A DNA stretch of 64,000 nt from Heptranchias perlo (lineage: Eukaryota): assembly GCF_035084215.1 (NCBI RefSeq), contig NW_027139442.1, positions 2,294,001 to 2,358,000 on the forward strand. The letters run 5' to 3'. Numbering within the stretch: position 1 is the stretch's first letter; each line of letters starts with the position of its first letter. Below, one piece after another: positions 39,101-51,100 of the stretch. Under the pieces are notes generated by a model. That model was not told the origin of the DNA. It worked only from the letters and a program-made list of their open reading frames with translations, and ran no database searches. Position numbers and translations under genes: made by a program.

Positions 39101-42100
39101 TCCGACTCGTAATTACCCGCTTTACACTGTACAAATGGGAGAGATGTAAAATGGGCTTCCGACTCGCCATCACCGCTTTACACTATAGAAATGGGGAGAG
39201 GTGTAAAATGGGCTTCCGACTCGCCATCACCAACTTTGCACTGTTCAAATGGGGAGAGATGTAAAATGGGTTTCTGACTCGCCATCTCCCGCTTTACAGC
39301 ACCGCACAAAATCAAAATCTACCCCATTCGTTCTTTTTAATTGGGTTTGCAGCTCGGCTAAATCAGCAGAAATTGCAATTTGAATTCAACACATTTTCCT
39401 TGTTTTGCTCGTATCCCAGAGTGCAATTTCAGGCCTAAACCCAGATGTTGGAAATAGATATCCCGCCGATTTTTTTTTTTACTTTCGCAATTTCGCTGAT
39501 TGCGCGAATGAAATCGTGAATTCCCCCTTGGTAGAATTTTATTCTCGATGCAAACAAATTCCTTCGACACAACGCAACCGTTATTGAGTTATCAACCTTT
39601 CACTGTACATGAAAATCCTCAGATCCATTCCTAACTGTTCTTTCCATTGATTTTACCACAGATCCGCTGATACCACCAGAGATATCTCTTGATCAATCGA
39701 CTGGGGTATATTTAGAAGGAGAGACGGTCGCTATTACCTGCACCGTGAACAAAGAATATGGCGATAAAATCTACTTTTACAGAAATAATGAACTGCTGTC
39801 CTCTCGCCAATTCTTCGCAAAGGACAACGTTGGAATATTGACGGTTACCAGTAAAAAACAAGGAGGACGGTACCAATGCAAATATGGAACCTCTGTCAAA
39901 ACAAGGTGGTTGGAATCCCAGTTCAGCAAGGCTGTGACGGTCACTATAGCACGTAAGTGAAGGGGACAGAGATTGTTAATATATCTGTTCAATACACTTG
40001 TTATTTTCAAAATTTCATATTGTTTTGATATAATAGTGTTTAATACTCACAGAGAAGGTCCTTGAGCTCAGCTCCTGACAGGATCCCTGTAACAATGGGT
40101 CCTGAACACACATCCTGACCGTTTACTGCCTCCGAAAACATTAATAGAAACAAGCATTCTCATTGACTCCTTTCTTACTATATCCAAGTGTAGGGTGATA
40201 TTTGGCTTCGGCTGTAGTGCAAACCGTGTGGTTGCGGATTGCAGCCCATATTACACTCTGCCTGATTTAACTTTCTAATTAACTCACGCTACCAGTCAAG
40301 ACCAATTTATACCCGACTAAGGCAGAATTATGTGAATTCCATCCCAGCCAAGTCTTGGGCTCAGATCACAAGGAGACAAATATTGTTATTTTGGATAACT
40401 GGTAAAGGCAAAAAAGGGGCAGCTTACAACTTAGATAGAATGATATTGAACGACATAGAATTACATAGAAAGTAAAGCATAGAGAAAGGACATTCGGCCG
40501 AAATGGGCGATGGCCTTCATTGCAAGAGGATTGTGTGCAGGAGCAGGTATGTCTTACTGCAGTTATACAGGGCCTTGGTGAGACCACATCTGGAGTATTG
40601 TGTGCAGTTTTGTTCTCCTCATCCGAGGAAGGATGTCCTTGCCATGGAGGGAGTGCAACGAAGGTTTATCAGATTGATTCCTGGAATGGCAGGACTGACG
40701 TATGAGGAGAGATTGGATCGACTAGACCGGTATTCACTCGAGTTTGGAAGAATGAGAGGTGATCTCATTGAAACATACCAAATTCTGACAGGACTAGACA
40801 GACTAGACGCAGGGAGGATGTTCCCGATGGCTGTGGATTCCAGAACCAGGGGTCACAGTCTCAGGATACGGGGTATTCCATTTAGAACAGCGATAAGGAG
40901 AAATTTCTTCACTCAGTGCGTCGCGAACCTGTGGAATTCTCTATCACAGTAGGCATTGGAGACCAATTCATTAGATGTATTCAAGAAGGAGATAAATATA
41001 CGCCTTAATGCTAAAGGGATCAAGGGATCTGGGGAAAAATTGGGAACAGGATACTGAGTTAGACAATCAGCAATGATCATTTTGAAAGGCGGAATAGGTC
41101 ATAAGGGCCGAACGGCCTGATCTTGCTCCTATTTTCTATGTTTCTATGTGTCCTATTTTCTATGTTTATGCTCCTCACGAGCCTCCCCCCAGTCTATTCA
41201 CCTAACTCTATCTGGTCCATCTTGCCTGACCCACATTCATTATGGCTGGAACATTACGATCCCGCCCTTGCAGCTGTGTCATCTCCGGGGAGAGACAAAA
41301 ACAGATGAATATTCAGGGCCGATAAGGGAAAAATACTCTAAAAAATTCCCCTTTGATCCAGTGAGGCGGTCGAAACCAGACAGGAGATCACATGGAACAA
41401 ATGGTATCTATAAAGTCACTTACCTTATATAGGTGCGATTTCTGCCCGAGTCAAGAAGCGGTCCAGCTTGCTTTATGTCGTGCAAAGAGTCAACAACCAC
41501 CTCACCAGGGGCTCACTAAACTATGGAAAAAGAACTGCCTGACATCCTATCTATTTCTACACTTGCGTAGTTTCATTTCATATCCCCAATCTGTTAAGCT
41601 GGAATAATCTATCAATAGGCACGCTATTCAGCCCTTGATTTATTTTGGAGAGGTTTATCCACAAATATGGAGTTGTGTGGTATTAACAGAACCCAATACC
41701 ATTTTAGCTTTAGCTACAGATTCTCTACATTGGTCATCAACCTTCAGTGATCTGTGTACAATGACACCTAGATACTTTTCTCTCTCAACCTATTTCAGTA
41801 TTGTTCCCTGCAAATGATGCGCTTATTCTGTGTTGGACGTACGAACGTGCAGGACATCACATTGATCTCCGTTCATAGTATCATAGTAGGTAGAGCACCG
41901 TGCATTTTATCATAGTAGGTACATCGTCCCTCTCCCGGCTCTTAGAAAGAGCTGTCCATTAATCACATTCCCTGCTCTTTCACCATCGCATATTTTTTTC
42001 TCTTCAAGTATTTAACTAATTCCATTTTGAATGTTACAATTGAATGTGCTTCCACCGCCCTTTCAGGCAGTGCATTGTAGATTTTTATAACTCGCTGTGT

Positions 42101-45100
42101 AAAACAATATTCCTCATCTCGCTCTGGCTCTTTGCCGATCACCTTAAATCTGTGTGCTCTGGTTACCGACCATCCTGCCAATAGAAGCATTTCCTCTTTA
42201 TTTACTCTAGCAAAGCCATTCATGAATTTGAAAACCTCTTTCAAATCTCCTCTTAACCTTCTCTGATCTAAGGAGAAGAACCACAGCTATTCCAATCTCT
42301 CCACATAACTGAAGTCCCTCATCCCTGGTAGCATTCTAGTAAAACTCTTCTTTACCCTCTCTTAGGCTTTGACATCCTTCCTAATGTGTGGTGCCCAGAA
42401 TTGAACATAGTACTCAAACTGAGGCCTAGCCAGTATTTTAGAAAGGTTTAGCATAATTTCCTTGTTCTTGAACTCTATGTCTCTATTAATAAAGCCCAGT
42501 ATAAACATATGCTTTTTTAGCAGCCATCTCAACTTGTCCTACCACTCTGAAAGATTTGTTAATGTGCATCCCCAGGTCTCTCCTTTCCTGCATCCCCTTT
42601 AAAATTGTACCATCTAGTTTATGTTGCCTTTCCTCATTCTTCCTCCCAAAATGTATCACTTCACACTTCTCTGCGTTAAATTTCATCTGCCATGGGTCTG
42701 CTCATTTCACCAGTCTGCCTATGACCTCCTGAAGTCTGTTACAACCCTCCAAATTGTTTACTACATTTCCTATCTTTCGTGTCTCCTGAAAATCTTAAAT
42801 TATACCCTGTTTACCCAAGTCCAGGTCATTGATATATATATCAAAAAGAGCTGTGGTCCTATTAATAAATATCATTTGTCATTGTGTGACCGAGTCCACA
42901 AGCGCATCTAAATCTCTTTTCAGTTGATTGCATTCCTGTACTGCCTTAACCATTTTACAGATTTTGTATTATTTGCAAACTTACTGACCATAATCGCAAC
43001 ACCGCTGCCCAGGTCATTAAGGAAGACCGTGAACAGTAGCGGGCATAGTAGCGATCCCTTGGAAACCAAACTTGTAACTTGCCTCCAGGAGCCAATTGCT
43101 GATCCACCGTATCAAATTCCAACTGATATGACAAGATCCTATCTTGTGAAGTAACTTCATATCAGGAGTGCTGAACAAAGGCTTTCTGAAAATCCAGATA
43201 GATAATGCGTACTGGATTTCCCTCATCCAATACCCTGGTAACATCCTCAAAAAACTCAATCAAATTTGTAAGGCACGACTTACTTTCCAGGAAGCCGTGT
43301 TGTAGATGTCTAATGGCCCCTTCTCTTTCCCAGTGATCACGAAGGACACCTCTTACGATTCCTTCTAGTATTTTCCTGATAATGGATGTCAGGCCGATGG
43401 GCCTGTTGTTCGCTGGCTCTCATTTGACCCATTTTTTGTAAACATGAACTACATGGGCTAACTTCCAATCTAAGGCAACTTTCCCTAACTTTATTGAACT
43501 ACTGAAGACAGGTTCACGGAGCTCACAGAGCGCCTGCCCCATCTCTTTAATTATCCTTCGGTGGTTATTATCCGAACCTGGAGCCCTTTTCAGGTTGGTC
43601 ACCAGTTTTACGCTCCGCTCGATTTTACCCTCCAACCATTCTAGTGGTGCATAAAATCGGGCCAAGTGCAAAATCGTCGGCCGACTGAACCCACTCTGTT
43701 TCCGCCGGGTGGTTTAAGTTAAAATTGCCCCATTTTGGTGAGTACTGATGAAATGCTGCATTCCAGAGATGAATCTTCCTGACAGCCATTGGCAGGAGAC
43801 ACCTGATGAAGTGCAACGTAAGACCTTGTTGAAGGATAAAAGCAGATTGTGTGATATTATTACACATCTATGTTCCTAATTTCCAATTTTACTCCTTACA
43901 TGCCCGAACTAGCAGACAGAACAGTTCAATGCCACAATGATGGCACATCGCCAAGATCTCAACTGCGCTGAACGTAGCGTCACAACAATAACAAAAACTT
44001 GCATTTATACACCGCCTTTAACGGAGTAATAATGTCCCGAATCGCTTCACAGGAACGTTATCAAGCAACATCCCGACTTGGACTTATATAACCGTTCCAT
44101 TATTATTGCTGGATCAATATCCTGAGACTCTCTCCCAAACAGCATTGTGGGAGTCTCCTCACTACACAGGCTGCAGCGACTCATTAAGAAGACCCACCAC
44201 TATCTTCACAAAGGCAACTCGGGATGGGCAGCGGAAACGCCCACATCGGAAACAATTATATAAAATTAATTTCGAGTCCACCAACACTTAACTCCTTTAT
44301 TTTAAGAGCGAATCACGACGGCTTAGCGGATACATTGGGGGAGATTTTGATTTTGCGCGATATTGTAAAACGGGTGAAAGCGAATCATCAATCCTGTTTT
44401 ACATCACTCCCGATTTTCATTCCCATTGCAGTCAAATCGGCCGAGATGTAAAATTGAATGCCGTCCCGTTAGCATTCATCTTACACTAACGCACAAAATC
44501 TAAATCTACTCCATTCACTGTCTCTAATCGAGTTTGCAGCTCGGCTAAATTAACAGAACAGGGGAATTCAAATCAATGCATTTTCCGTGTTCTGCTCGTA
44601 TCGCAAAGAGCAATTTCTGGGCCAAGCGCTGATTTTCGAAATAGAACCACCAGCTGATTTCTTTACTTTCGCACTTCCACTGATTGAGGAAAGGAAATCG
44701 CGAATTCCCTTTTTTTGTGGAATCTCAGAAATTATGCAAACACTTCCCTTCAACAAACCGCCATCCTTACTGAGTCACCAATGTTGAACTGTACATGAAA
44801 ATACACAGTTCCATTTCGAATTGTTATTTCCATTGATTTTACCACAGATCCGCTAACACCGCCAGAGATATCACTTGATCAACCGACTGGGGTGTATTTA
44901 GAAGGAGAAACGGTCACCATAACCTGCACTGTGGCCGGAGAATGTCGTGGTCAAATCTACATTTACAGAGATAATCAAGTGCTGTGGTCTCGTCAGCTCT
45001 TCGCAAAGGACAATACTGTAACCTTCACCGTTACCGGTCCAACCCGAGGAGGGATGTACCAATGCAAGTATGGAATCTATGCCAAAACAAGATGGTTAGA

Positions 45101-48100
45101 ATCCCAGCTTAGCGAGTCTGTGACGGTAACTATAACAGGTGAGTGAATGGGAACAAAGATTTTAGGGCAGTCTATTCAACATTCTTGGTATTTCCAGAAT
45201 TATATACTTCTTTCAATGTAACAGTGTTTATTATTGGCAGAGAGTGTTTCTGAGTTCATCCCTTGACAGGGTCTCTGTAACAATGGGTCCAGAACACACA
45301 GGCTAGCCGCCTGTGAAAGCATCAACAGAGGGAAGCAGTCACTTTGACCCCCATGTTATTGTATCCAAGTGTGGGATGAAATCCATCTTAAGTGGTAGCG
45401 CAAAACTGGTGCCAGGGTATGCAGAAGCATGTTACACTTCGCCGAATGTTCTTTTTCATTGACGCAATGTCACCGCCTAAGGCAGAATTTTGTGTCTTCA
45501 ATCTCAACCAAGTCTTGAGCTCAGTTCCCAAGAAGGGAAGGAGGGTTATTTTTAACTAACTCTCAAAGACGGCAAAGGGGGCAGGTTCGGGTCGGCCACC
45601 CGTTTTACACTTCGCCCGATTTTACCCTCCGTTAACTTTAATGGGCAGAGTGTAAAATGGCCGGCCGTTCGATCCCGTCCCATTCCCACTGGGCGGTTCC
45701 GGTTAACATGTCCCCTTTAGTTCAGTACTGAGGAAAAACTGCATCCCAGAAATGAGTCTTCCTTTCAGCCGTTGGTCCAAAATCCCTGATAAGGCACAAT
45801 GTCAACATACGCCCTCCTTAATGTGTAAATGGAGGTGATGTGATGTTATTACACATCTATGGTCATGATTTCCAATTTTATGCCTTACATATCTGAACTA
45901 GCAGGGCGAAATGTTTAATGCCACAATGACAGCACGTCGCCAGTCTTTTAGCTCCACCGACTGTAGCGTCACCTCACGAGGTACCGCCAGACTGGCTGGT
46001 CTTGACATATTACCAATTTCGCTGACAGTTAACCGAAACTGCCTGCTGAGACTTTCACCGTGATACTGCTTTGCAGAATACTTCAAATCAGTTATGCTGT
46101 AGTTTTCCATATCTCTCACTTGATTGCATTTCGGCAGCACCTCTTAAATCCGTGACTTCCACCACCGAGAAGGGCAGCAGGGGCATGGGAACACCATCAC
46201 TGCCGTTGCCTTCCAAGTCACTCACCATCCTGACTTAGACAAATATCGCCATTCCTTCATTGTTGCTGGTTCAAAATCGTGGAACACACTATCGAACAAC
46301 AGTGAGGGAGTACCTTTGCCACTCGGGCTAAAGCGGTGCAAGAAGAGGGTCGACGATCACCTTCTCAAGGGCACCTAAGGATGGGCAGTAAATGCCGACT
46401 TTTGCAGCATAACAAACACACCGAAACATGAGAATTAAAATTCTAGCCCACCAACATTTCCAAGCTTTATTTGAAATGTGACTTCCCACAGTTTAGCGTT
46501 GGCGTGTACTCTTGTTAATTGCGTTTGAGATGCTGCTATATCAGCATCAATGGGAATTGAAATCAACGCTTGTTCCGCTTGTATCACAGAGAGCAATTTC
46601 TGGGATAAAATGTGATTTTACAAATAGAAACCCCAGCTGATTTCTTTTTAGTCACGCATCCATTTCATTCCACTGATGAAGTCGCGAATTACTCTTTTGT
46701 GGAACCCCAGGCCCCGATGTAACATTTCCCTTGATCATAGCGGAATCGTTACTGTGATACCAACATTCCCGCGCACGAAAATATCAACAGGTCAATTTCT
46801 CATTGCTGGTTCTATCTATTTTACCACAGATCCAATCACACGGCCGCGGATGTCTCTTGATCAATCGATTGGGGTGTATTTGAAAGGAGGGACGGTTACC
46901 ATTACCTGCAACGTCAACAGAGAATATCGCGGTAAAATCTACTTTTACAGAAATAATCAACTGCTGACATCTCGCCAATTCTTCACCAAGGGCAACATTG
47001 GAACATTCACGGTTACCAGTTCAAACCAAGGAGGGCGGTACCAATGCAAATATAGAACCGTCGTCAAAAGAAGGCGATTCTGGTCCCCGCTGAGTGAGGC
47101 TGTGACAGTCACTATAGCAGGTGAGGGAAGGAGAGGAGAGATTGTTAATATATCTGTTCAACGCTCTTTATATTTTCAAAAAATAATCTTTGTATAAATA
47201 TCTCAGTGTTGCATGTTCAACGTCTCGGCGCTCAGCTCATGGTCTCTGTAACAAACGGACCTGAACACATAGGCTGACCGTTTACTGCCGGTGAAAGCAT
47301 TTATAGCAGTCACTGTAACACCGATGTTACGATATATCCAAGTGTAGGGTGAGAATAGTATCGTTAATAGAGACCCGCACTCACTGTAACCCCTATGCTA
47401 ATATATATCCAAGTGTAGGGTGAGATTAGTCCCATTAATAGAGACCAGCATTCACTGTCACCCCAATGTTAATCTAGATCCAAGTGTAGGGTGAGAATAG
47501 TATCGTTACTGGAGACCAGCACTCACTGTAACCTCTATGCTAATATATATCCAAGTGTAGGGTGGGATTAGTCTCATTTATAGAGATCAGCATTCACTGT
47601 AACTCCGATGTTAATTTATATCTATGTGTGCGGTGAACTTAGCCTTATACGGGAGTCGAAATTGTCCCCTATTATCCAGCATTGAAGTGACTTGAAATGA
47701 AAATTGGGCGGAGTGCAAAATTGGGCGGAGTGTAAAATTGGCTGCCGATAGTTATCGCCCATCTTACGATACCAACCAGGGCAAATTTCAGACGAAATTT
47801 GACGGCCGAAGCATTTCATGCAGATATTTAGGTAACCCCAAGTATTTTCTAACCAGAAATCAGCAGTGTAAATAGAAAGATAATCAGATAGCGGCTTTTG
47901 CTTCTTCAAAATGTGCCAAAGCATGTCACAGCCGGTGAAGTGTGGTCACTGTTGTAAACGCGGTACCCAGTTAACACGAACAGCAATGAGAGAATAATCG
48001 GTTCATTCATTTTGACCGTATTGGTTGAGGGCTAAATGTTGCCCACCGGTTCTTTCCTGTTCTGCTAAACGGGCAGGTAGTGCCTCGATTTAACGTTTAC

Positions 48101-51100
48101 TTTCACACTGCAGCCTGGCCTTCCACTACAATCAATATTCAACGTGGCTTAGGTACTAACGTCTTGGAGTTGACCTTATACCCACCGCCTTCGAACTCAG
48201 TAGCGAGAGAGATGCCAGGGGAACAGATAATATATAACTTGCTAATGCAGAGCCCATTAGATAAACCGAGTCTGTGGTAAAATTAATGGAAAGAAAAATA
48301 AGGCCAAGAGCTGTGAATTGCCACATGTCGTGGAAGGTTGGTAACTCAATACCGATTGTGTTGAAGGGAAGTGTTTGCATTGGGAACTGAGATTCTACAA
48401 AAGGGGAATTCACAATTTCATGAGCTGACTGAAACGGAAATAAGAAACAAAAGAAATCAGGGATTCCAGTCCCAAAGAAAGGATACAGCCCAAAAAATTC
48501 ACACCAGGATATGAATGGAACAAGGAAAATGCGTTTGTCCCACATTCACAATTCCGCTAATTTATCTGAGTTGCAAACGTGATTTAAAAGAGTGAAAATC
48601 TCTGCTAATCCATGGGGATTCACATTTCAGATGAATGAGTTACAGGCTTGTGGACTTGAATTTTTGATCATTCTTCAGGATGTGTGTATCGCTTGAAACG
48701 CCGGCGTTTATTGCCCATTTATAGTAGCCATTGAGAAGGTGGTGGTGAGCCTTCTTCTTGAACCATGCAGTCCATGTTGACAAGGTATTCCCGCAGTGCT
48801 GTTAGGGAGGGAGTTCGGAAGGGTGTTTGACTTGGAGGGGAACTTGGAGGTGATGGTGTTCCCATAGCGATTCGACACTTGTCTTGACTGATGGTGGAGG
48901 TCGCGAGTTAGGAAGGTGCTGCAGTCTATCCTGTCGATAGTACATACTGCAGCCACGGTGCACCAGTGATGCAGGGAGTGGATGGTTGAGGTAGTGAATG
49001 GACTGCCGATCAAGCGGTCCGCGTTGTGCTGTCGAGCTTCTTGCGTCTATTTGCAGCTGTACCCGCCCAGGCAAGTGAAGAGAATTCCATCACACTCCTG
49101 CCACCTTGTTGGTGGCAGTGTAGTCAATTTGACTCTCTGCTCAATTCTTCGAGACTGACACCATAATGGTTAATAGCCATGTGACTTTACTGAGTACAAG
49201 CAAGAATCAATACATCACAGTGTTTCAGCAGTCGTTTACAAAACACAATTGAGAATTGTATTACCCCGTTGTCCTTTGGGTAGAAGCTGCGACCTCGTTC
49301 CCTGTTCGTTCCTTCACGTACTCTCGTTCTCGTTTACCGCCTTGTACTTTCTATACTATTCCCTGCACTTAACAAAAGCCCAGACTAACAATTATACTCC
49401 AATAAACGGAACTGCGGGAACATACACCCAATCAGGTCTTTTCCAAAATACTCCCTTTAATTTACCAAATCGTCTCGACAACACGTAATTTCCAAGAAAG
49501 GATTGCGTCTTGTGCACCCTCCAGCCCCTTATCTTTAACACAATGTTCCTCAATCCCTGCAGTTGATAAATCCCTCTCTAGGCCTTTAAGGTAACTCGTT
49601 AACTTCAGCATTCCAGTAAGCCTGAAGGAGTTGGGGTGCCGTTAAGTCCCTCCCTTAGTTTGAAATGACATGGTTTTGATAATTTTTAGTGCCTGCAGCT
49701 GCAGTACGTTAATTTAAAAGCAATCTATGTTATGGTGCAGTAGTTTCAGTTAAAGCCTTGACTAATTAACCCTTTCGCGCCTGGTTCCCCATAATACCTT
49801 AACCAATATTTCCTTACAGCAGATAGGCTTTGGGGAATCAAGAGGTGAGCCACTTACTGCAGAATACCCAGCGTCGAATCTACTCTGATAATCACACCAT
49901 TTATGTGGTTGGTCCAGTTGAGTTTCCGATCAATGGCGACCTCTCAGATGTTGATGGTCGGGGATTCGGCGATGGTAATGTCATTGAATGTCAAAGGGGT
50001 GGTTAGACTTTCGCTTGTTGGAGATGGTCTTTGATTGGCACTTGTGTGGTGCGAATGTTACTTTCCACTTATCAGCCGAAGTCTGATGTTGGCCGGGTCT
50101 TGCAGCATGCGGATATGGACTTCTTCATTATCTGATGATTTGCGAATGGAGCTGAACACTGTGCAATCATTAGCGAACAGCCACACTTCTGAACTTATAA
50201 TGAAGAGAAATGTCGAGTAAACGCTGTTCCATGAACTAAAGTAGATACATAACAGGAAGTTATGATAAGAAATCGCACTTTCTGATAAATGTTTCACAGG
50301 GTACAAAATATTTAATTACGAATAGCAATGTTCAATAGGCCTTTTAAATTGTGTCTGTGATAATTCCAGTGTGAGTGGTACAATTACATATCACAAAGTG
50401 TAAGCCAGTGAAGGGAAGGATTTCAAAATACCCTCGAGATTTTAGGCCATCTTTTTCTTTCTATAATTTTCACACACACAAATCTCCAGTGAATACAAGT
50501 TGTCTGTTTTCCAATCGTGCATTTCCCTCGCCCACTGCTCTCCCTTTTCGTCTACTGTATCGTGCCTGAGATGACTGCACGGGCGCTCGGATGCTGAATA
50601 TAAAGTAAACCAAAATGCTATAAAGTTGGTTGAACCATTAATTGTTCAGCTGCACGATTGGCAGCAATGTGCGGAATCCGGTGAAATTATTCAGGACTGC
50701 TGTACCTGGTGCATTACAGTTTGGCTCACAAAAATACGTTTGCTCATTGCATTTCAATCGATTGTCACTACTTGTTCCATTCGAATTACAGACCTACCCA
50801 AACCAAATATATCAGTGGATTCTAGTATTGCTGTGAAAGGTGGAAAAGTCATCTTTAACTGCACAAATCGCCAGAAGCTTCCTTGCTCCACATTTTACTT
50901 ATACAGACATGGGGAAGCGAATTACTCGGATATCCAGTTTGCTGCTGCACGGCGAAATTATGTCACCTTCACGCTCACGAATATAGATCATGACGATGGA
51001 GGAAACTACATATGTTTGTATGAAGCAAATGGGGAGAGAAAGCTGCAAACGTCAGCTCTGAGTGACCCTGTACACATAACTGTAAGAGGTGAGTGAGATT

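Noticed and set aside
45575-45715. Short imperfect hairpins (also ~35960-36090, 37520-37680, 43600-43730, 47660-47790) as structured ncRNAs
   Set aside because: Share TAAAAT/ATTTTA-type arms and look like a dispersed MITE-like family; no ncRNA hallmarks.
32346-51088. Rearranging Ig/TCR V-segment array
   Set aside because: Domains are short C2-type lacking the V-set Trp and end in splice donors; I saw no CACAGTG/nonamer RSS beside them and no per-segment leaders.
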